Notes: generated by a model not told the origin, from the sequence alone. A stretch of DNA of 64,000 bases from Blasia pusilla (GCA_050084515.1 CM114271.1:25668001-25732000); one strand, 5' to 3'. Positions 13,333 to 24,910 are shown, counted from the first letter of the stretch. Numbers and translations: made by a program.

Positions 13333-14285
13333 GAGGGCATTTGTGTGTTAGATCTCTTTGGTGGGATTAGCACGGTTTGGTCGATGTTGCAAGCCGGTAT
13401 TCTGTCTTGGAGATACGTGTATGTGGAGCGAGATGAGACGGCCCAGAGAGTCTCATCCCGACATATTGGTCAGTTGATGCAGAGATATCCTGAGTTGTTG
13501 CCGCCATCAGCTATTCGTGGGTACCAACGTGCTTTGCCGTCACACATTGCATTGTTGGGGGCGCACGACCTTGAGAGGGTTGGTCCTGTGGATTTGGTGA
13601 TTGTTGGATGGCCATGTCAAGGTCATACACGTGTAGGTCGTGGTGAGGGATTACACGACCCTAGGTCTCGATTGTTTTGGGAGATGTTACGGGTGTTACG
13701 ACATCTTGAGTTCATCAGCACGTGCTCGGCTTACATTCGTCGAGAATGTTCCATTGTTGGGTGACACTTGGACCCAGATGATGGCGAGTGTTCATGAGGT
13801 GCGGTCTTGGATTGGACCAGTGGTGTTGTTGGATGCAGCGCGAGTTGGCTCGCATGCACATCGTCCACGCTTGTGGTGGATAAACTTGTTGCCTAGGGAG
13901 GTTCTACGTCGAGCATATGATGCAGTGCAGCGGGATCCTTGCCTTACCGTGGATAGTATCTTGGATACTGGGCAACTTTCTCAAGTGGTGAGGGTTATTG
14001 ATCGGTCACCCATGGCAGTGGTGAACCGTGTGGGCCAGCCTAGGATGGCACTACCCACATTTGTGAGTTTTCCCTTGTCACATGCCTACAGAGAAGGTGG
14101 TCCGGGGCTTGTATTGGATTCTCATGTGCGACAATTGGTGGAGCCTAACGCTGATAAGAGAGAGCATGCAATGGGATTTGCTACTGGTGTGACAGCGGTT
14201 GCTTCTATTTCTGAGGCTTCACGACGTCATGTGTTGGGTCAGGCCATGGACCTGAATTGTTTGACTTGGATTTTGAGTCTTGGTA
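13333..14285 (+). pseudogene. E2 DNMT3-like cytosine-5 methyltransferase domain within pol
   Basis: Motif I VLDLFGGIST, motif II YVERD, motif IV DLVIVGWPCQG, SRLFWEMLRVL, motif VI ENV, motif VIII DAARVGSHAHRPRLWW, motif IX REHAMGF, motif X VLGQAMDL. Confidence 0.92.
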
Positions 14286-14619
14286 TGGCGCTTAGCGGCT
14301 CAACCGGACTATGTCGTGGGTCTTCCACCCCTTGTAATGAGCTCGATGGCTACCGGGGCCGGTAGAGGCATCGGTGGGGCAAGGAGAGTAGTATTTTGCA
14401 TCCTTGGAGTAAATGGGATGTAATGGGGGCATGTGGAGTTGGTTGCTCATCTTTGGTGGAGGAGTTATTTGCTCGAGATGATGGTGTAGCTAAGGGTGTA
14501 CCATCTTGTGAGGGGGTTGCGTAGCAGCCAATGGCATCGTCCTCTCCTTCTAGTGTGCCAGTGGAGGAGACTTGGGAGCCATTACTTGAGCCCAAGCTTA
14601 CGGGAGGTGAGAAACGACG

Positions 14620-16000
14620 CTTGACAGAGTTCCTACGTGCTTATAGGAGTTGTTTTGCCTTTAGCATGAAGGAGTTGGGTTCTTTGGTTGTACCCGGTAT
14701 ACGGATTGATTTGGCTAGTGATACACCAATCTTCCGTCGTCCCTACCGATATAGTGATATAGAGAGGGACCTGATTCAGAGTAGGACGTTGGACCTTTTG
14801 GAGGATGGATTAGTGGAGTTGTCGCATGGAGAGTATGCATCAGCCACTATCATGCCTGCTAAAAAGGATATGCATGGCAACTACACGGATACGCAGATGT
14901 GTGGAGATTACCGTCCTATCAATCGGAAAACCAAGGCCGATAGGTATGCCATCCCTACACCTGAGGAGATCTTTGATGTGTTGGGACAGGCAAAGATTTT
15001 TAGTACTTTGGATCTTCGGGCAGGATACCATCAATTGCCGATTCGGGAGAGTGACAAGGCCAAGACAACATTTTGGGGTGTCAACTCTCATGGCAAGGAT
15101 TGTTTGTACCATAGGAAATTCTTACTCTTTGGGTTGAAGAATGCACCTGCCGAGTTTCAGAGAGTGATGGACAGGATCCTAGGAGGGTTGGATTTTGTTC
15201 GGTGTTACATTGATGATATCTTGGTGTTCAGTAACACGGTGGAGGAGCATCAGATACATTTGCAGATGGTGTTTGAGCGGTTGAAAGCTCATGGTCTACG
15301 TTTGCATCCAAGAAAGTGTAAGTTCTTCCATGAGGATGTTGAGTACTTGGGTCATGTGATCTATCCAGGTGGTTTGGGAGTTCAGCAAGCAAAGGTGGAG
15401 GCTATTGCACTTATTCCGCGTCCGGTAGATGTGAGTAGAGTTCGGGCATTCATGGGATTGGCAAACTACTATCGGAGGTATGTGAAGGGATTTAGTGCTA
15501 TGGCAAAGCCTTTGAACCAATTGCTGAAATCAGATCAAGAGTGGCACTAGGGAGATGATTAGGAGAGAGCTTTTGTGGAGCTTAAGGCCCAGTTGGTGGC
15601 GGCGCCTATCTTGAGGAGACCTATCAGAGGGCGCCCATTTCAGTTACACACTGATTGGAGTAGGTTAGGACTTGGAGCGGTGTTGACACAACATGATGAT
15701 GAGCACATGGAATTTGTGGTGGCCTATGCAAGTCGTTCGAATAATGTAGCGGAGTCGCGCTATAGTTCATATGAGGGAGAGTGCTTGGCAAAGAGTGTGT
15801 GGTTGTGGCACACTTTAGGTGTTACTTGTTTGGCACAGTTTACCCTTGTTATTCGATCATCAGCCGCTCAAGTGGTTGATGGAGTCGGACAAGCTTATAG
15901 GGAAGATCGCACGGTGGGCTCTTATCTTACAGAGTATGACTTCCGGGTGGTACATAGACTGGAGTTGCCAACCTTGATCTTTGATGGGTTGAGTAGGAAC
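14620..16000 (+). pseudogene. E2 reverse transcriptase + RNase H (Ty3/Gypsy type)
   Basis: MCGDYRPIN, FSTLDLRAGYHQL, FGLKNAPAEFQR, YIDDILVFS, FQLHTDWS..GLGAVL, AYASR. Confidence 0.95.
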
Positions 16001-16229
16001 CCATGTACTAGCCAAGAGGATACAACTGGGGCTAGATGGCATGGCGAGGTTGATGAGGAGATGGTGCCAGGTTGGCATGCATCCGCCTTTTTATGTTGGT
16101 TAGGGGTGGACTCTAGTATGGAGGATCACATGATATCTTACTCTAGTCAGAGGATAGATGGCTAGCCTTCAGATCCTAAGGTTGGAGATGGTGGTACGGA
16201 TCAGCGTGATATTCATGATGATGCGTTGG

Positions 16230-17649
16230 TGTTGGAGTTCCTACCGACCAGTAGGGTGCCAGGCATAGTGAGTGCCAAGGAGCGAGACCGTGTTCTTCAA
16301 CGTGCTAAGAGGTATCGATTGGAGGGAACACATATTCTCCGCGTGTGGGAGGATGGTAGAGTACAAGTAGTGCCACATTTGGCTCAGAGAGAGCGTATTG
16401 TGCGACATGCCCATGAGGTGTTCGGACATTTTGGGGTAAAGCGTACGTATAGCTTACTCCTTGGCCAGTATTGGTGGCGTGGCATGCATACTTAGGTGCA
16501 GCAGTTGGTGTCACGTTGTATGGTTTGTGACCGGGTGAGGGCATCATTCAATGCCCCTACACCAGAATTACACCCCTTTCCTATTATGGGGTTGGGTTAC
16601 CGTTGGAGTGTGGACTTTGCGGGACCGTTACCGTTGACTGTACGACATCATCGATATGTGTTGGTGATGGTGGAGCACTTCTCCAAGTGGATTGAGTTGG
16701 TGGCATTACCGGACAAGGCAAGTGAGGGAACGACATATGCGTTTCTTGATAGAGTGCTTAGTCATTTTGGTGCACCAGCTGAAGTGCTGACCGACCAGGG
16801 TACAGAGTTTCAGGGTGAGTTTCAGGTCTTGTGTGACAAGGCGTTGATTGATCATCGGACCACGTCTCGAGATCATCCAGAGGTGGATGGTTTGGCTGAG
16901 CGTGTGGTTCGATGATGAAGAGGGCATTGCGCAAGTATGGCCTATAGAAGGGGCATCTTGGAGACAGGATATTCGATTTGCCATGGTTAGCCATGGGGTA
17001 TAGGTTCAGTCGCCAAGCATCCTTGGCTTCCTTCTCACCTTATTTTTTGTTATACGGTTGAGATCCAGACTTGCCAACAGCAATTCGTCGGGAGTCTAGT
17101 GAGGTGGTGAACCTTGATGACCTAGAGATGTGGATGAGAGTGTGTTCTCGGCCAAGGCGAGCTCTTCGGAGAGTTATGCCAATGACCTTTGAGAATCTTG
17201 CCATTGCTCAACACAGGGATACGTTGCGGTATGCAACCATTCGGGGTGGAGGTTATCGACCATCGATTCGTAGGTTCCATGTGGGGGACTATGTCTATTT
17301 GCAGCAGATTGCACCGACAACGTTGGATGTGACGGCCGGCCGCACTATTTTACGAGTGCGCGAGGTGTTAGCTTCTGGAGTTCTCATGTTTGAGGGTCGT
17401 GATGGAGTTGTTTGGAAGGACCATGTGCGTAATTGTGCACCATGTCATCTTCCAAATATGGATGGTAGTGTTGACCCAAGCTTAGCCATGATACGCGCTA
17501 GCTTGAGGTGCATGTTGTGTGGGTCTGCTGGTAACGCAACCCGTATGTTGGTGTGTGATCGGTGTTCTAGGGGTTGGCACATGATGTGTTTGACTCCACG
17601 TATGGATGTTATTCCTACTGGAACGTGGGTTTGTCCTCGATGTACTTAG
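16230..17649 (+). pseudogene. E2 DDE integrase with C-terminal PHD finger (17509-17643)
   Basis: HAHEVFGHFG...CMVC (HHCC), WSVDFAGP, LTDQGTEF, GLAER; ends CMLCGSAGNATRMLVCDRCSRGWHMMCLTPRMDVIPTGTWVCPRC (C4HC3). Confidence 0.93.
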
Positions 17650-17822
17650 GAGAGGTAGATGACTTGATCTTTGCATGATATGAATTACAGATGTGCGACT
17701 AACGATGGGGCAACCTAGCACCCGGCCTTCTGATTCGGGCACCCAAGAAGGTGTATAGCATGTAGTAGATGTATAGGGCTACCTGGGAGTTAGAGGGACC
17801 TAACCGCCAATTAGGGGGGCGA

Positions 17823-18400
17823 GTTGTGGTACACTTGTGTTTGTGGATACTCTCGTCTATGTTATGTATGTATGTGAGTATGGTATGTCAGCGATGTATG
17901 TTGTATGACGATGTGGATTCGCACGACAGTTGTCATGACCATACAGATTATGTCGTAGAGTATAGTGCGTAGAGGCCATTCCTTATGTAGGACCGTAGTG
18001 GCTTGGTAGAGATGCGGTTTCATACATAGGGTTGGGGGTTACTCAGTTGGGGGTGACTTTCCCAATAGGGCCCGCTCTTAGGTTGGAGGATATAAGGTGG
18101 AATGCACTCAAAGAACAGTCAGTTCTTTGAGTTGAGCCTGTTGCGTTGGGAGTTAGCCTTGGTAGTGAGTAGAGCCCTTGGCTATGGTGTTTCCCGCAAG
18201 CTTCGACCTAGATTCTCCCATCGTGGAGTGGGTTTGGCTCGATTGTATGTGATTCTATACGTGTTTTATGACAGTAGGTCTTTCACGGATTTCAGTTGTG
18301 GTACACTTGTGTTTGTGGATACTCTCGTCTATGTTATGTATGTATGTGAGTATGGTATGTCAGCGATGTATGTTGTATGACGATGTGGATTCGCACGACA
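17823..18400 (+). repeat. E2 3' end: B1 (17823-17928) + gt + A2 (17931-18294) + B2 (18295-18400), preceded by PPT aggggggcga
   Basis: B1 and B2 are both 106 bp and essentially identical. Confidence 0.95.
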
Positions 18401-21400
18401 GACGCTTTCCCCAACATCAGGGGTTGCGCTCCTGAATCCAACAAGACGCGTTGCAGACTAAAAGCTCTACCTCCTCGACTCACCAGCAGGAAGACCTCTC
18501 CTTGGTTATCCAACAAAAAAACATGAGGAGATGCCATGGCGCGCTCTATCGCGGGTCTAGCGGGCATCTCCGCCATCCTAGCACCCAAGCCTGCCATGAA
18601 TCTAACGTGGACGGCCCGAGCATTAGCTCCAAGGGCAGGTCCATCACCTCCTTTGCAATCACCTCTGAAGGTGATGCAGGAACTCCAACTCCACGCTCAC
18701 ATAGCGTAGCGGCCAGCCAAAAAACCTTGGCGGACGTACCTCCCAACGTCATAACATCAGACGCAAAAAATAAAGGAGCACGGTACACAATGGTGGCCGC
18801 CCCCAACAACGTGCTTGACACATGCTTACATTCACTTCTCTCATCGCCCTCCGTGCCTCCACACCAACAACATCACCAACTCTCCATGAACTTTGATGAG
18901 GACCTATCGATGGGGTCCTCATCGCCTTGGACAACGTGAAAGACTGAGGAAGCCTGGTTTGTTTCTTGGCGTCCCCTCGCTATGGATTCAACTTTGCAAC
19001 TGCTCCACGCGTCACAATTGCAGCGGCCTCCATCTGGGCAACCCCACACATCCAACCAAGATCCTCCATATCTCTGGCTGCTCCATATGATGTCAATGCC
19101 ACAGATCTGGCATCGGGTAACCTTAATGCCATAGCGGCAATCTACTCATGTAGTTGTTGTATCTGAGCACCCATCCTAGCCTCATGCCCGACATCTTCCT
19201 CAACGCATCTACATGTTGGGACTCTACCTCCTCCACGGGCAACTCCACCACCCTGTCGGGCAACTCCAACTCCTTGTCCCTTAACGGGACCACATGGTGC
19301 ATAATCTGTAGGCCCACCCAAACCAGCTACTCGCCCTATTGCCCTCTTTGGCCCTCGGTCTGGACGTAACTCAAGGTGTAAGCTGAAACACCTGGCGCAT
19401 GTGTGACCATACCTCTGACAATAGTCACAGTGATAACCTCCTTGTGCAGCACCATCTCCTCTTTCATGCTGAGGCATACGTCCATGACCCTGACGAGTGC
19501 AATCGCACTGATGATGGGCTCCACCATATGACCAACATGTCATTGTAGGTGGCTGCTGTTGAGCCGCATATGAAAGCGCACGTCTCTGTGGCACAGCCTC
19601 CCGATATCCTCCTTGAGCTTGTGGTGCCATATATAGTCGACCTATCTCGGAGTCTAAGTTGTTGCACAAGTAGTACAGAGAATCGTGATTGCTCTCGCCC
19701 AGAACCCATGATGGCTACGCTCTCCTCCGCCATGTTGCGCTCCTAAAAATATCTTTGAACGTAGGGGAGGTGTTCATAAGAAGCACCCCTCTCGCACCTG
19801 TGTCCGTAGGGTCGAGTCCAACATCGCGTACCATGACTGGATAGCATGAGCCTTTGTCACCCCCTGAGTGACGTTGATCAACTGGCGCAAGCGAGTGTAA
19901 GCCTCACAAAAACTCTCACCCGGACGCATGTGGAAGTCGTGGATGCTCCGCAACTTCTCTGTCCATACCCCTTGGTAGTTCGTCCTCAACTCAGCAAAAA
20001 ACTCAACCACGGGGTTGAACCTAGGACAAACCCGACTACACGGTGAATTGCTCCAATGCGAGTTACCCCTCCTAAAACATTGGAAGAGGAAGAAGCCTCT
20101 CCTCACTCCTCCTCCTCATCTGGGAACGGCTCCGTCCATGACACATAGTATGGGTCATAGTAGAGTCGCCATGCCTTAGTCTCTTGGGCATATCTGTGGG
20201 AGAACTCATGGTAATTGTCCATGGGTGCCTCCTCTAAATGCTGGAACATACCGTTCCATGCTGTAAACGGGTTGAACTCTCTAGAGTTCCTAGCCCGCTG
20301 TGAGTCGTGCCAACTTCTAAACTCCGCGATGAAGTCGTGCAACTCTATCGTGCCTACTACACGTGAGAACCTACGTGGTCTTATCCCCTGGTTGTCCATC
20401 TCTTACGCCCAAGCAGTAGGACTACTCAATGTGAGTGGCAAAGCACTACTCAACTTCTCTACGCCCTCCTCCTCTTCTGAAGATGACACAGAAGGAGGTG
20501 AGGTGGTCCCTCACGTGGAGACCCTTGAAACCTCGCACCACTCCAAGTAAACCCTCCAGAGCTACTCTCTGGTCCACTACCTTGCCTCTCAAAATTCTGA
20601 AAGGACGTGGTGATGGCCCTCGTGCCCCTCATGCCCCTCTCACACGATCACTCCCAATCTCGCGAGTAATCCCTCAATCACTCAAACTAAAGATACGGCA
20701 CTCAATCTACACTCTCTCACTAAGACGTGTGTTCTGCGGCAACAAGCAGCGTGGTACGGCAAATCAACTGATCTATCGTCTTATCGACAAACCATCCTCA
20801 ACTTTGGACATCCCACACAGGTCTATGTCCCCTTAATCCATACATCATCGATGCTCTCAGCATCAGCACAAAACCCAATATCCCAAATAACTTCCCAATA
20901 CCCGAAAATCCCTCACACGTGTAGGGTAAGAGACCAGAATGGGTAACCTGACAATAATGTCGATGTCCCTCCTCGTCAACTATAAATCTCGACCCCAACC
21001 TGGTCGTGAAGACAACTCCTCCAATGAGCAAGTCGTACTCCTCTCGTATTGACGCTGCTCAAACCTCCTCGATGTGCACTGCAAGTCCAGCGGTCCGGTG
21101 CGGCACCAGCGGCACGGAACGGCTACAAATGGTAGGGGCTACGGCACTCGAAGGCATACCCTCCTCAATCAGAAATTCACACGCTCTGCTCCTTAGTGAA
21201 GGAGCAGCTCCACGATTGAGATGGTGTAGTGCGGCCACGAGCCGCACGGCGTGGCAATCGGCGGTGCGTTGCGGCTACGGGCATCACGGCACGAAACTCA
21301 ATCTTCGTCGAGCGGTTACGAATCACAACATAGCAGCATGAAATGAAAACTCAAACACCATTATCCGAGATCACCTGCCATGACTGGTTGATGACAAAAT

Positions 21401-22088
21401 TGCGATGACGGTGGCGGCTAAAACAAAGAATCAACGGTCGTCGTGGAAGACCCTCCACTCCGTAATGGCGGCAATGGCAACCAAGTGTGGACAATGGCTG
21501 AACGCGGCTTTGAGCAGCGCTAGGCGGCGATGGAGGCCGAAGGTGGACCATTGAAGGAGACGGTTGACCATTGATGGTGATGGTGGACCATTGACCATTG
21601 ACCGTTGACGATGACTTTGACGGCACAGCGGCTAGTTTAGGGTTTCAACAATTTAACCCTAAAAATCGCCTTGCAATGGAAATTTTTCAAGATTGACCAT
21701 AACTTTTTGCTTGCAACTCCAAATGCTACTATCTTTAGGTTTCACATCATTGAAAAATATTTTAACCCTAAAAATTTGTAGTAAATCCCAACGCTACATA
21801 AATTTTGGCAACGCTCGCACTAATTTCTCCCAATAAAATGTGCTTCCGCAGCACCGGCATGGGGCAACCTGCCTCCATACTCAATCCCTATCAAAAATTG
21901 GGTAGCGCTTTTGCGCGCCACTCTTCCACACGAAAAATTGGCGAAGGAAACATCACAAGTAAGCGGTTCTTGCTCCGGTGCGTACTCCCATCAACCGCTG
22001 AATAGGGAATACAATCCCCAACCTACAAAACTAGCAAGTGACTAGCGAGCTCCTCGATGAACTCTCTTACTCACTCATTCTCTCTTTG

Positions 22089-22591
22089 TAAAATAAGATC
22101 CAATATCTCTCGCAACACCATAGTTCTCACATGTGTGCACTCTCACAATGTCAAACCAAACCCACTCTCCTAATGAGAGGATTGGGTTACACTCACAAGG
22201 CAAGAGACTGTAGTTCCGCCGCCTTGTCCCAAGAGGTTCAACAAAGAGAGAATGAGCTCTCAAGCTCTCTCCTTGAGGTATACCCCTCCCCTCTCCCAAG
22301 CTCTTTCCATGGTAATCTATGCTCCCAAGTCACCTCCTTGGATCTTGACCTGATGTAGGATGTCAAGGGCCACTTACCAAAAATAGAAAGTTGATCATAT
22401 ACTCAAAATGGTACTTGCCTAAAATAGTAAGTTTCTCAATATGGCTCCAAATGAACCGAAACGAAGGGGAAACCTGCTCTCTCAGATTTCTCGGGGCCTC
22501 AGTAGGTCATCTTCTACCTCCTGAGTCTGTCCTCCACTACTTGAGAAGACGTTCTACTAAATCTCACCGATCTATCCTAAAAGACATGACA
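22089..22591 (-). repeat. E1 repeat A1, homologous to the E4 A repeats
   Basis: Reverse complement aligns by eye with 52811-53324. Confidence 0.9.
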
Positions 22592-22713
22592 AATGTCTTA
22601 AAATCAAAGAAGATTGGAGGCCAAACTCACAAGAGGTGAAAATTGGAAGTATTACCTTAGCCTCTATTAGAGGAGAATCTCTACATAAAATAACGTACTA
22701 TGAGTTGACAAGT

Positions 22714-22767
22714 TTTTGAATGTGAAGAATTATACCTTTGTTTTGAATGTGAAGAATTATACCTTTG
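22714..22767. repeat. 27-bp perfect tandem duplication
   Basis: ttttgaatgtgaagaattatacctttg x2. Confidence 0.9.
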
Positions 22768-24749
22768 TTTATGCTCTCAAAGAAGAGTGCAAGGGGAAGG
22801 AACCCTCATCTATATGGAAAAATTTCTATGATAAAAGGATTTCATGTCTACCAAAGACTATGAAGCAAAAAAATGTCAAAAAAACCCAAACTCACTCCTG
22901 TTTGCAAACGACACAACATACTCTCACGTTATCGTGTCGAGAGCCTTTCTTCGAGCAAGGGCGGGCCTTCTAGCTGCGGTAGATACGGTCGATGCAAGGT
23001 GAACTCTCTAACAAGTTCTCCTTTTTCAATACAAAATTATGATGTACACTCTCCATTCTCTCACGACAGATATGACAAATGGAAGTGCCGAGACGATCAC
23101 TTCTTCGTAACATCGGACCCCAAAATTCCTAACTATAAAATCCCTATAGACTATTTTACGCTTGTACACGAGGAAGATAGCACAACTAGTGTTAAATCCT
23201 ACTTGAGCTGGCCTATTGACATCCATGGATCACTATATAAGGACATACAAAGTACAATCCCATGTCCTTCCATATGTGACGATAGGAAGGATTACCGGAG
23301 TTGGAGATTGCATGACCCGGTTCATGAACGCCTCCCCAAAGTGATAAACTAAATACCGAGTGAACCAGTGCCTATCTACAAAGAGTACCTTGACATGGTA
23401 TGGATTGAGGAAAGGAAAGTCGGGCACAACTCGTGCTCCGCCCCTATCCATGCTTGCCAGACATTCTCTACTCTCCTCAAGAATGGGTTTTGGCGTAGTT
23501 ATTCTCCCAAGAGGGGTAATCCACTCTCATTGGGAAAGTAACAAGCCAAAACATCCGCTATTTCAGTATGACTAAACTTCTCTAAGGTGACAAACCTCTC
23601 ATCTCCACACACACACACACCACACTCTAGAAATCTCTCGAAGGTTAGACTATGGTCAAGTTACTCTCCCAAGAGGGGTGATCCACTCTCATTGGAAGAG
23701 CAAGTAATCCCAAAGCCATACACTCAAGAGAGACGCGAGAGACTCAAGATGTGGAATAGAAGGTGATGAACCCTTGAAGGTCCCTCCTCTTTATATACTC
23801 ACAAGGGATCCACAAGAGTACGAAATAGAGCTTATCTTATCTTGTGCCACATGGCTTCCTCTCAAGGCTTAGCCAATCACATTTTGACACAAGTAGATTT
23901 CCTCTTATCTCTTCCAAAATATCCTCTTTTACCCATATGATATTTTCCAAATTACCCCAACTAACCTAGCCACCAACCAAGACTACTTTTGCTTTTCATT
24001 AAAGCAACTACTTTATTTTTATAAAGTCATCTTTTATTTATTACCTCCTTTTCCTAAAGTTGGGCCCGCATAAAAGAGGCACCATAAAGAGGTTTAAACA
24101 TAAGAATCTCCTTTTTCTAAGCCAATTTACTTAATACTAATGAAACTCTATCTAACACTTAATGACGGAGTTTACACACTGGTTGATTTTACTATGCGAC
24201 AACGTGGCGCTTCACCCCAAAACAAGAAATATCACCTTGTGCACATGGTTCATGGCAGCAAGTTACATAGTATTGAAGAACAAGGATAGGTCAATCTCAA
24301 AACTTTGGGTCAATTGGTTAGCTAGGGTTAGGGCCAACTGGTCGTCAGATTGACGACTTGGCACTTTTTTTGTTATAAGTTTCCGCTCATTCAATTGCTC
24401 CTTTGCTTTGCCAATCAAAAGTAGCATTGCATTCCTCACTAATCTGCCTAGAAGATCAAAAACTCTACAACAATAATAAATATCCTCAACAAGGATGATT
24501 CATCATCCCTGGGCCTCCAATCTACCAAAACTTTGGTAGCTTTTACGTCTATCATTTCCATTCCAAATTTATGAAAATAATCATAAGGTAAGTAACATCC
24601 ATGACAATCTTGTGGGCTGCAACATGGGACACAAGATTCCTTACTTGCAAAAAAATGAAAAATCTCCATCCTTCCTCTCCAAAGTTGTTGCATGGCACAA
24701 CTGCCTCTTTCAACGTCTCTCCCTCATTATCTCTTTGTAAATCTGGTGT

Positions 24750-24910
24750 GCAACCACACTCTCACATTTGGTGTGCTCTCTCTTGTGTCAAATCAAACCT
24801 CCTCTCCTAATAAGAGGCTCGGGGTTATTCAAAAGGTAAGAGAGGCCATAGTTTTGCCGCTTCATGGAAGGAGGTTCAATAAAGAGAGAAAGAGCTTTCA
24901 AGCTCACTCT
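24750..24910 (-). repeat. Old isolated fragment of an E1/E4-family A repeat
   Basis: tgtcaaatcaaacctcctctcctaataagagg...gaggttcaataaagagagaaagagctttcaagctc aligns by eye with 22115-22270. Confidence 0.7.

Larger units (their letters stand above)
8623..18400 (+). mobile_element. Element E2: full-length (9778 bp) Gypsy-type retrotransposon with DNMT and PHD domains, split direct repeats and 4-bp TSD gacg
   Basis: TGTCATG...GCACGACA ends. gacg at 8619-8622 and 18401-18404. Removing the element restores the E1 protease (MLGKA/SFKGLGL). Confidence 0.95.
5967..22591 (-). mobile_element. Element E1: degraded DNMT-carrying Gypsy-type retrotransposon, same family as E4; interrupted by E2 and cut by the CACTA end
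   Basis: Starts TGTCATGTCTTTTAGGATAGATCGG at 22591. Gag ~20400-19100; PR LLDSGAQPLMLGKA split at 18401/8622; DNMT ~7975-7005; RT C-terminus/RNaseH ~7000-6300 (FQLHTDWSMLGLGAVL); IN N-terminus to 5967. Confidence 0.9.

Noticed and set aside
13333-14285. Bacterial restriction-modification methylase or contamination
   Set aside because: Embedded in a retrotransposon pol among spliceosomal-intron genes, with DNMT3-like motifs and no endonuclease partner
8623-18294. Reading E2 (and E3, E4) as ordinary LTR elements with A as the LTR
   Set aside because: The PPT precedes B1 rather than A2, and the TSD lies after B2 in all three copies
17823-18400. B as a giant target-site duplication around an inserted solo LTR
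   Set aside because: The same layout recurs in three unrelated families, and B2 carries the true CA end and the 4-bp TSD
8623-18400. DIRS/Ngaro classification
   Set aside because: Protease, HHCC-DDE integrase and TSDs are present; no tyrosine recombinase or adenine methyltransferase motif is seen
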